Of a stretch of 32,000 bases of DNA, positions 25,801 to 32,000 are shown one piece after another (the stretch's first letter is position 1; each line of letters begins with the position of its first letter). The notes beneath the pieces were generated by a model that worked only from the letters and a program-made list of their open reading frames with translations, was not told the origin of the DNA and did no database searches. The translations under genes were made by a program, and so were the position numbers. Source of the stretch: Candidatus Brocadia sp. (lineage in GTDB: Bacteria; Planctomycetota; Brocadiia; Brocadiales; Brocadiaceae); assembly GCA_021646415.1 (NCBI GenBank), contig SOEU01000011.1, forward strand, positions 73,385 through 105,384. The letters run 5' to 3'.

Positions 25801-25902
25801 GCGGTCTTCCCAATTGCCCAGGTAGTTATAGCCCAATTCTTTATGGAACAAGGCAATTATCCTGTTTTGGGTTTCACGTTCTTTTTTGCCGATGTTGCTC
25901 AT
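22870..25902 (-). CDS. hsdR: Type I restriction enzyme, R (endonuclease/translocase) subunit
   Basis: PD-(D/E)xK nuclease region RPDIVLYVNGVALGVLELKRS. SF2 helicase motif I HTQGSGKSLVMV, motif II (DEAH-type) FVDECHRTQ, later motifs TGTPL and QAICRVNR. 1010 aa. Confidence 0.95.
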   Translation of the reverse strand: MSNIGKKERETQNRIIALFHKELGYNYLGNWEDRQNNSNIEEAILRKYLRERKRYNNTLINKALYELGKAANNLNDGLYSANKKVYQLLRYGVKVKAEAGENYETVELIDWKHPLENEFAIAEEVTIRGNHEKRPDIVLYVNGVALGVLELKRSTISIGDGIRQNIVNQQKEFIQSFFTTIQWVFAGNDTQGLRYGTIGTPEKYFLTWKEEGEGENLFDKYLVKLCDKRRFLEIIYDFTLFDGGMKKLCRPHQYFGVKAAQEHAKRREGGIIWHTQGSGKSLVMVWLAKWILENNPHARVVIITDRDELDKQIERIFTDVGESMVRTRNGKDLMDQLGKALPRMLCSLVHKFGRKGVDNFDAFIEELKRSPIHTVGELFIFVDECHRTQSGKLHKTMKAILKNAIFIGFTGTPLLKQDKQTSLEVFGKYIHTYKFNEAVADEVVLDLVYEARDIDQKISSSQKIDEWFEAKTRGLNDFQKSELKKKWGTMQKVLSSRSRLEKIVSDIVFDFNVKPRLNSDRGNAILVASSIYEACRYFELFQTTELKGKCAIVTSYNPSTRDITTEDTGANTETEKEYIYNIYKSLLGNKPTEKYEDEAKEKFIKEPSNMKLLVVVDKLLTGFDAPPCTYLYIDKSMQDHGLFQAICRVNRLDSDDKEFGYIVDYKDLFRKVENAVAVYTSELDYDTFEKGDVDVLLKDRLEKGRERLDNALEEMALLCEPVAPPKDSLAYIRYFCGDPENEEDLKSNEVKRTSLYKQTVALIRAYANIAAEMEEAGYTQAEIADIKKKVDYYLKLREEIRNASGETLDMKTYEADMRHLIDTYIQAEEPRTISPFANMSLLDLLVNSGIADAINSLPEGIKRNKEAVAETIENNVRKKIIQEHLIDPAYFEEMSKLLHEIVKERKTNAINYEAYLKKIAELAKKVNNPARDNLPASIKNSNARRALYNNLNHDEELAVVMDEAVRYVKKADWRGNDAKEREIKKALYDILKDANEVERIFPIIKQQNEY

Positions 25903-26465
25903 GGTATTTCCTGTTTAAAGAATGTATCTTTTTCCCATTTTTCGGGATTGGTTCTGATATAATTTGCAATTCGGTGGTATTCATCCTCGTCGCGGATGAT
26001 GTGGTCATGAAAACGGGATTGCCACACAGGTATTTTGGGCGTATTACGAAATTCGTTGATGCGTTTGGTTGCAGATGATTTGAATCCCCCCCCAAATGAT
26101 GAAATGGATCGGATCGAACGATGGGCAATTCCCGTGTTCGTGGGCGTTTGTAGAGACGCACGGCCGTGCGTCTGTACGGATGTGGTTGGGTCGGAATTTT
26201 CAATTCGCACAATGGCGTGCAGATGGTTGGGCATCAATACAAATGCATCGCAAAATAATTCCGCCCGAATTTGAAACGATTGTTCCCATTCCCGCAAAAC
26301 GATTTCGCCCATGGGCGATGGTTGCATTTGTCCGTCGCGAATTTTGCCAAAGACACATTCATGATGTGCGGTACAAATGGTGATGAAATAACACCCGCGC
26401 CATGAATAATCCCACCACGGCGCCCGTGCCGATGGTATGCGGTATCTATTTTTGAATTTTTCCAT
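25899..26465 (-). CDS. IS200/RAYT-like Y1 HUH transposase-family protein embedded in the R-M operon
   Basis: YFITICT, HUH motif in FVLMPNHLHAIVRI, and WQSRFHDHIIRDEDEYHRIANYIRTNPEKW (catalytic-Tyr helix). The start codon shares nt 26465 with the hsdS stop, and its stop overlaps the hsdR ATG (ATGA, 25899-25902). Confidence 0.8.
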   Translation of the reverse strand: MEKFKNRYRIPSARAPWWDYSWRGCYFITICTAHHECVFGKIRDGQMQPSPMGEIVLREWEQSFQIRAELFCDAFVLMPNHLHAIVRIENSDPTTSVQTHGRASLQTPTNTGIAHRSIRSISSFGGGFKSSATKRINEFRNTPKIPVWQSRFHDHIIRDEDEYHRIANYIRTNPEKWEKDTFFKQEIP

Positions 26466-27622
26466 TATACCAACCTGATTTTCCCGGTTAATAAATTCTG
26501 CATCATCCCCTGTTTTATCATTTTGTATTTCTCCAACTTCTTTTCCAGGGCTTCTATTTCGGCATCCATATCGTAAAGAATTTGGGCAATAAGGGTTTGT
26601 TCCTCTTTTGTTGGAGGAAATAGCAATTCTATTTTTTCAATTGACTTAGCATTTAAACTCGGAACTCCAGAAGCTTCATTGTGAGAATACCAATCAATCA
26701 AATTGAATTTATAGAAAATGAATTTTGGAAAAGCGTTGTCCATAATTTCTGTATAGAAGATTGTATCAATTGCCCAAAATGGTGTGTCCATGTATTGAGG
26801 AACATCAATTGTTCCTTTTCTACCAATTAAAACTGATGGCTTGTTGTATATAAATGTTCTTGTTCTCCCAACAACGCCACTAGTTGCCAAAATTGGAAAT
26901 TCACCATTTTCATCAACAATTTCTTTTTGACTTTTTCCATGTCTGACTTTTAAAACTTCTCCCAATTTCTTCACTTCCCACATCCCGTTAAACCCCGGCA
27001 GGCGTTTTTTGCCGGTAAGGAGTTGTTGCATAGCCCCTTGTTTGATGTTCCGCTTTTTGGCAATGAGCTTTTCTAATTGGGTAATGAGTGCATCGGCATC
27101 ACTTAATACAGCAGCAATGGCGGTTTGTTCGGCTTTGGTGGGGGGAGTAGCGATTTTAAAATTTGATATCGCGGTAGTATCAAGAAAGGGTTGGGCTGCG
27201 CCCACGAACCATGCTTTTTGTTGTTTGGCGACATATTCAGATTGCAAAGAATAAAGTAAATATTCTTTAAACTGATTTTTATAAACTCTGATTCTTGGAG
27301 CATTATAGCTGTGTGGCAAGCCAATCCAAGCGTTTTTAGGAATATATGATGCTCCTGCTGATGCACCTGTTCCAGCAAATAGCACATCTTGTTCGTTAAT
27401 TGCATACCTCATTATCTCATCAGTTGGTGATACAAATACTGGATTGTCTTCGAAGAAATCATTGATCCTGATTAACCTTATTCCATTACTGTTTACATAC
27501 CTAATATATTGTGATCCAGCGCCTCGTTTTACTTCTCCAAATTGAGAAACTGCTTGAACATTCCAATCCTCTGGAATTATACCTACCTCAGTTTTTTTGT
27601 AACCTTTTTTTACTATCTCCAT
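26465..27622 (-). CDS. hsdS: Type I R-M specificity subunit (two TRDs)
   Basis: Two copies of the conserved spacer region: PPTKAEQTAIAAVLSDADALITQLEKLIAKKRNIKQGAMQQLLTGKKRL and PPTKEEQTLIAQILYDMDAEIEALEKKLEKYKMIKQGMMQNLLTGKIRL. Each follows a variable target-recognition domain. Confidence 0.92.
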   Translation of the reverse strand: MEIVKKGYKKTEVGIIPEDWNVQAVSQFGEVKRGAGSQYIRYVNSNGIRLIRINDFFEDNPVFVSPTDEIMRYAINEQDVLFAGTGASAGASYIPKNAWIGLPHSYNAPRIRVYKNQFKEYLLYSLQSEYVAKQQKAWFVGAAQPFLDTTAISNFKIATPPTKAEQTAIAAVLSDADALITQLEKLIAKKRNIKQGAMQQLLTGKKRLPGFNGMWEVKKLGEVLKVRHGKSQKEIVDENGEFPILATSGVVGRTRTFIYNKPSVLIGRKGTIDVPQYMDTPFWAIDTIFYTEIMDNAFPKFIFYKFNLIDWYSHNEASGVPSLNAKSIEKIELLFPPTKEEQTLIAQILYDMDAEIEALEKKLEKYKMIKQGMMQNLLTGKIRLV

Positions 27623-30027
27623 ACCAACCCCATTTTCTTCAGGTGCCCGTGTACCTTTTTCTCTAATGCATCCACTTCGGCAGTAATAGCAGGCAATGGA
27701 GCTTCATAGCGTTCTGCCAGTTCTTTAATGCGTCCCGTAAGCCGCTGACTGATACGCTCCATCTCTGTTCTGATATCTCTTTCCAGTGTGGCCATCCATT
27801 TATCTTCCACCATTAGAATTTTTATTTCGGCTTCGGTAAGGGCTTTGTATTTTTCCAAGACCTTTTTCTTCAGAGCAGCCTGCGCATCTTTTATTTTCTT
27901 GCTGACTTCTGCTTCCTGTTTTGTCAGTTTCAAACAATCCTGCAACACTTTTCTCTCATCTGCCGATTCCTTTTCGTTTTGTATCTCTTTAAGGCGATCC
28001 TTCACACTTGTTTTGGTAATCTTATCCTTATCATTTTTGGCATCTGCCATTAGCCCTTCTTCCCCGCCGTGTTCTTCTTCCAACTCCTCCATTTGCCTGA
28101 CAATCGCATCGCGGTCGGCCTCTAAATTTTCAATGGCCTTTTGCTCTGTCACAAAATAGCGGGCAATGATAAGCCCTTTGGGTATGAGGCGTCCTTCCCA
28201 TTGTTTTTTATCTCTTTCTATTTCCTTTCCTGCTTCCCACCCATCGCTTACCAAAGCATACACGTCATCCTGTATGGTTTCAGACCAGTAAATCATGAGA
28301 TGCTGGTAGACATCATATTTGTCGATCAGCTTTAAGCTGGAAAAGGCTTGCAATAAATCTTCCGATATTTCGTGTATCAGTTTTTTGGGTTTATCACCAA
28401 CGGCAATGCCTTTCAGTTTTGGCATGTTTTTGGCTTTCCATTGGCTAAATACGGTATCTACTTTTTTGCTGTAAGCAGTAAACTCCGGGTGAGAAAAAAT
28501 GGCGGGTTTTACGGCATCATGGGCAATAAGCAGCTTGCTGTAATTGACACGGTTTCCCGTCGTGAATAATGTTTTTCTCAGGGCTGGATAAACGTCCCAA
28601 TACGGGTGCAAGGCGTCAATATCGTCATTGGGTATATCGCCCAGCAAATGCGCCTCGATATCCTGAATGTCCTCGGCATCCTGGCTATCAATGTAGCGGG
28701 GAATGTTCAGGTTAAACTCATTGGCCTCGATCTCCGTTACCGGCACCATGCGGCTGTATTTTTCCATTTCCAGATGTTTGTTGAATACATCTACTATCTT
28801 GTGTATATCCTGTTCACGCAGGCGGTTTTTGTTGCCGTCTTTCTCAAAACCCCTGCTGGCATCAATCATAAAAATGCCTTTGCGGTGTTCGGCGCCTTCC
28901 TTATCCAGCACAATAATGCAGGCGGGAATGCCGGTGCCGTAAAACAGGTTGGGAGGCAGGCTGATGATGCCTTTCATGTATCCCCTGCGAATGATATTTT
29001 TCCGGATTTCCCCTTCGACATTTCCGCGAAACAATACCCCGTGCGGAAGGATCACGGCGCCCTTGCCTTTGCTTTTTAAGGAACGGATGATGTGCAAAAG
29101 AAAGGCATAGTCTCCATTTTTCTTCGGGGGTATACCGTAATCTTTGAAACGATCGTGGATATCGGATATGGTTCCCTCCTGAACGGCAAAACCGCTGCTC
29201 CACGCCTTGTATGAGAAGGGAGGATTTGCCACCACAAAGTCAAAGGTTTTGAGCCTGCCTCTTTCGTCCAGAAACAACGGATCGGAAAGGGTACTTTGTC
29301 CTTTCCTGATCTCTGCGGTAGGGTTGTTGTGCAAAATCATATTCATTCTTGCCAACGCCGCCGTTGCCACCTCTTTTTCCTGGCCGTAGATGGACATGCC
29401 CGACTCGGATTCATCAGCCACTTTGAGGAGTAATGACCCTGAGCCGCACGTGGGGTCATACACCGTTGTTGAGGGATTTGTTTTCGAGTGAAAGGTGATG
29501 ATCTTAGCCATAACACGGCTTACCTCGGCAGGGGTATAGAATTGTCCTTTGCTCTTCCCACTCTCAGTGGCAAAGTGCCGCATCAGGTATTCGTAAGCAT
29601 CGCCAAGGATATCATCCCCTTCTGCCCTGTTTTTACTGAAATCGAGCGCCGGGTTTTCAAAAATGGCGATGAGATTGGAGAGGCGGTCAACCATCTCTTT
29701 GCCGCTGCCCAGTTTATCGGCGCTGTTGAAGTCGGCGACATCGATAGTGCCGGTAAGTTTGTTGGCTTCGGCAATTTTCCCGATGATTTTTTTGTTAATG
29801 TCATCGCCAATAGTGGGCTTACCTTTAAGGGCAACCATGTCTTTAAAGCTGGCGCCTTTGGGCACAGTAATGGGCGCATAGGGCACTCCGGCATATTTGT
29901 CAGAGATGTATTTGATGAACAAAAGTACCAGCACATAGTCTTTGTATTGAGAGGCATCCATACCTCCGCGGAGTTCGTCACAACTCGCCCAGAGTGAACT
30001 GTACAGTTCAGATTTTTTTATGGCCAT
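27613..30027 (-). CDS. hsdM: Type I R-M N6-adenine DNA methyltransferase subunit, long form (804 aa)
   Basis: HsdM N-domain LWASCDELRGGMDASQYKDYVLVLLFIKYISDKY. SAM motif I DPTCGSGSLLL and catalytic motif IV VANPPFS. About 320 additional C-terminal residues rich in charged heptad-like sequence. Confidence 0.95.
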   Translation of the reverse strand: MAIKKSELYSSLWASCDELRGGMDASQYKDYVLVLLFIKYISDKYAGVPYAPITVPKGASFKDMVALKGKPTIGDDINKKIIGKIAEANKLTGTIDVADFNSADKLGSGKEMVDRLSNLIAIFENPALDFSKNRAEGDDILGDAYEYLMRHFATESGKSKGQFYTPAEVSRVMAKIITFHSKTNPSTTVYDPTCGSGSLLLKVADESESGMSIYGQEKEVATAALARMNMILHNNPTAEIRKGQSTLSDPLFLDERGRLKTFDFVVANPPFSYKAWSSGFAVQEGTISDIHDRFKDYGIPPKKNGDYAFLLHIIRSLKSKGKGAVILPHGVLFRGNVEGEIRKNIIRRGYMKGIISLPPNLFYGTGIPACIIVLDKEGAEHRKGIFMIDASRGFEKDGNKNRLREQDIHKIVDVFNKHLEMEKYSRMVPVTEIEANEFNLNIPRYIDSQDAEDIQDIEAHLLGDIPNDDIDALHPYWDVYPALRKTLFTTGNRVNYSKLLIAHDAVKPAIFSHPEFTAYSKKVDTVFSQWKAKNMPKLKGIAVGDKPKKLIHEISEDLLQAFSSLKLIDKYDVYQHLMIYWSETIQDDVYALVSDGWEAGKEIERDKKQWEGRLIPKGLIIARYFVTEQKAIENLEADRDAIVRQMEELEEEHGGEEGLMADAKNDKDKITKTSVKDRLKEIQNEKESADERKVLQDCLKLTKQEAEVSKKIKDAQAALKKKVLEKYKALTEAEIKILMVEDKWMATLERDIRTEMERISQRLTGRIKELAERYEAPLPAITAEVDALEKKVHGHLKKMGLVWR

Positions 30028-30497
30028 TCTTTTATTCTCTTATCATAAGCATCTTGTTGGTGAAGATTAAAAATACTTTAAAAATAACACATGTATATCG
30101 GAAGATACACAATGTGTTTAACTGAAGGATCTTTCCGTTCTTGATTATCAATTTACCATGATTACGGTGAATATGCGATACAATTGGTTTGTAATAGAGA
30201 CAGGGAAACCCCTTTTCAAGGGTAACTGGCAAAGTATGATAGCACTTTACAGGAACAAATCAATACAAAATCATTTCCATGAAAATACATCGAAACGAAT
30301 GAAGTATATTAAGAGTCCACAAGAAATGGCAGAAGATAGACAAACAATCCCTATGTCAAAAGGTAATTCATCTTGCAAAAAGTTTCAGTTTCATCAAGCG
30401 GTTGTTCGTCTGGTGTGAAATTGCTTTGTTTGAGACAAATTACAAGTGCTTGGTATCAAGTGGGCGGGCGGTACCGAATGAATATGTAATAACAAAT

Positions 30498-30524
30498 GTA
30501 GCCCGAAACGCTGTTTCGGGCTAC
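30498..30524 (-). terminator. Intrinsic terminator of the minus-strand secreted-protein gene
   Basis: Perfect 12-bp stem GTAGCCCGAAAC / GTTTCGGGCTAC with a 3-nt loop, 28 nt past the stop at 30552. On the minus strand it is followed by ATTTGTTATTAC. Confidence 0.55.
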
Positions 30525-30551
30525 AACTATCATTCCTTTCTTTCTCCTGTT

Positions 30552-31565
30552 TTATTTCACAAAACAGATTTTCATTTTGTGAATGTTATCTATACTAGAA
30601 CTGACAAATGTCCCAGAAACAAGCGCTGCAGTAAATTCATAGACTTTTGCAAAGGCTTGGATAGTATAATCTCCCCCTGAACTTTGAGGTGTAAATGAAG
30701 CAGTAAGTACCTCATGTTCTGCCGTTGATTCATAATAAGTGTACCAAATTACGGGTGCTATTGCCCATTGTGTGATTTTGTTGCTTACCTTATCTAATCC
30801 ACCAGGACCTTTCAGAGAAATAGCTATTTGGCTTTCGCCATATCCGCCCCCTATCACAGAATATATTTTACCATCCATGCTATAGTCCTCTTCAAGGGTA
30901 ATATCCACTCTACTCATATTCGCAGGAACGCTTACCGTTTTGCCCAATCGTATGGTTTTTTCTCCTCCCCCGGCTAATGTAGTAAATCCACGTAGAAAAC
31001 CACCACATTTGTCAGTATCAATAAAAGCAGATCCAAAGTCAATAAGACTACCACTACTTGTCGTTTTTGTTACCTCAAAAGGGCAAACATATTCCTCACA
31101 TCCCGAATCATCTGAAGGGGAAAAGGTCGTAACATTTGTGCCAATGATTGACATAAAATCGCCAAATCTAAATTTGCCTGCAGATATACCTAAAATACTT
31201 TTGGCTTTATTTTGAAATGCCTTTTCATCAATTTTTGCCGCCTTATAAACTTTGGTTACAAAAGCCAAATATTTAGCATCCATAGCTTTTATGGCTTTTG
31301 TTAGTTCCTTAGGGTCTGTGATTTTTAAGAGTTTTTTTTGGTCTGCCAAATAGGATTTGTACAAAGCTGGGTCTTTTTTTTCCAAAGCCTTATCCAATTG
31401 CTGGCGTATAGGAGCCATAAGTGCCTCAATTTCCTTGCGTTGGTCTTTGCTCACAGTGGGTCTAAGCATTTTTTCAGCGGTATCTTCAAGTGCAAACACC
31501 TTCGGCATCATGCATGCCAGCACAATCACGCCGATACACAACACACTCTTTAAAATCTTCTTCAT
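30552..31565 (-). CDS. Secreted hypothetical protein (Lys-rich helical N-domain plus beta-rich C-domain)
   Basis: Signal peptide MKKILKSVLCIGVIVLACMMPKVFA. GGAG-containing RBS region (revcomp of 31566-31580). No motif I can name. Confidence 0.6.
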   Translation of the reverse strand: MKKILKSVLCIGVIVLACMMPKVFALEDTAEKMLRPTVSKDQRKEIEALMAPIRQQLDKALEKKDPALYKSYLADQKKLLKITDPKELTKAIKAMDAKYLAFVTKVYKAAKIDEKAFQNKAKSILGISAGKFRFGDFMSIIGTNVTTFSPSDDSGCEEYVCPFEVTKTTSSGSLIDFGSAFIDTDKCGGFLRGFTTLAGGGEKTIRLGKTVSVPANMSRVDITLEEDYSMDGKIYSVIGGGYGESQIAISLKGPGGLDKVSNKITQWAIAPVIWYTYYESTAEHEVLTASFTPQSSGGDYTIQAFAKVYEFTAALVSGTFVSSSIDNIHKMKICFVK

Positions 31566-31797
31566 CTCCTATCCCTCCAGAATAAATTCCTTAAATAAAA
31601 AAGCCCTTCGTCCAAGCATCATTACTGAAAACTATGTAAGTTGATGATGGGAAACTGCCTTTTCCCATTATGGGGGGTTAGTTTAGCAAAAACAAAGAAA
31701 AGTGCAGGATTTATTTATTTTATCAGCTACATTGAACAAGCCATTTTGTAATTTTGTAAACATATGGGAATATTTTAGAAAAGGCCAACCGAGGAGG

Positions 31798-32000
31798 TCA
31801 CGGCTTTTCGCTAATTGTTGAAATATTCTGCTGCCATTTCCAGGCCGAAAGCATCATGTCGTCTAATCCGTACTTAGGTTGCCAGCCGAGTTCCTTCCTC
31901 GCGAGATCGTTATTGGCATAAATTGCCATGACGTCCCCGCTTCTTCTTGGTCCAACCTCGTAATTCAGCTTTTTCCCCGATACTTTTTCAAAGGATTTGA
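31798..32000 (-). CDS. galE: UDP-glucose 4-epimerase, C-terminal 66 codons (gene continues beyond the right edge)
   Basis: The minus-strand translation KSFEKVSGKKLNYEVGPRRSGDVMAIYANNDLARKELGWQPKYGLDDMMLSAWKWQQN matches the GalE C-terminal pattern (RR.GD......d...A..eLgW.p......m....W.Wq). Stop codon at 31800-31798. Confidence 0.8.
   Translation of the reverse strand, partial: KSFEKVSGKKLNYEVGPRRSGDVMAIYANNDLARKELGWQPKYGLDDMMLSAWKWQQNISTISEKP

Noticed and set aside
30158-30680. Two plus-strand ORFs (86 and 92 aa) in the hsdM / secreted-protein intergenic region
   Set aside because: They have no RBS and Lys/Asn-rich composition typical of AT-rich non-coding DNA. The second overlaps the terminator and the 3' end of the minus-strand gene.
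31647-31668. Hairpin ATGGGAAA-CTGCCT-TTTCCCAT downstream of galE
   Set aside because: It is about 130 nt from the galE stop, with a short stem and no adjacent T-run on the relevant strand. That is insufficient to call a terminator.
31676-31695. TTTAGCAAAAACA matching the core of the 4.3/4.8-kb repeat (reverse orientation)
   Set aside because: Only about 13 nt match, and the orientation is inconsistent with the neighbouring gene start. It is probably chance in AT-rich DNA.

Overview
This is a moderately AT-rich bacterial chromosomal window with about 35 genes. All homology calls are motif recognition by eye; no database search or computation was possible.

(1) 1-5.5 kb: an orphan cas1 that looks short at its N-terminus, with no cas2 and no CRISPR array in the window. 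It is followed by two adjacent bactofilins (one fused to zinc ribbons), an Smr protein, a secreted alpha-carbonic anhydrase, a YkgJ-type Cys-cluster protein and a class II aldolase.

(2) 5.8-7.3 kb: a secreted protein made of four Ig-like domains, created by a recent 645-bp internal tandem duplication.

(3) 8.1-14.6 kb: a compact six-gene operon with its own promoter and a perfect intrinsic terminator. Its genes are ACP, FabZ, FabF, a ketosynthase paralog that has lost the Cys/His/His triad, a CrtI-like FAD oxidoreductase and a B12-binding radical SAM enzyme. From memory, this gene content and order match the candidate, still biochemically unproven, ladderane-lipid cluster of anammox Planctomycetes. 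That suggests a Brocadiales origin, which is inference.

(4) 14.6-19.8 kb: a PNPOx-like flavoprotein, a micro-ORF coupled to lpdA, an alpha-glucan phosphorylase, a HAD hydrolase and a second FabZ-like gene.

(5) 19.9-21.4 kb: two tandem micro-ORFs, absent from the ORF track, that encode exported cysteine-dense peptides. They sit behind a near-consensus promoter, directly upstream of rplM-rpsI.

(6) 21.4-30.5 kb: a type I restriction-modification island, hsdM-hsdS-(HUH/RAYT-like)-hsdR-(YgjP-like peptidase). All cistrons overlap. The island is flanked by unusually long non-coding DNA that holds a REP-type inverted doublet and a gene remnant.

(7) A secreted hypothetical protein and the 3' end of galE.

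No rRNA, tRNA or CRISPR array was seen.
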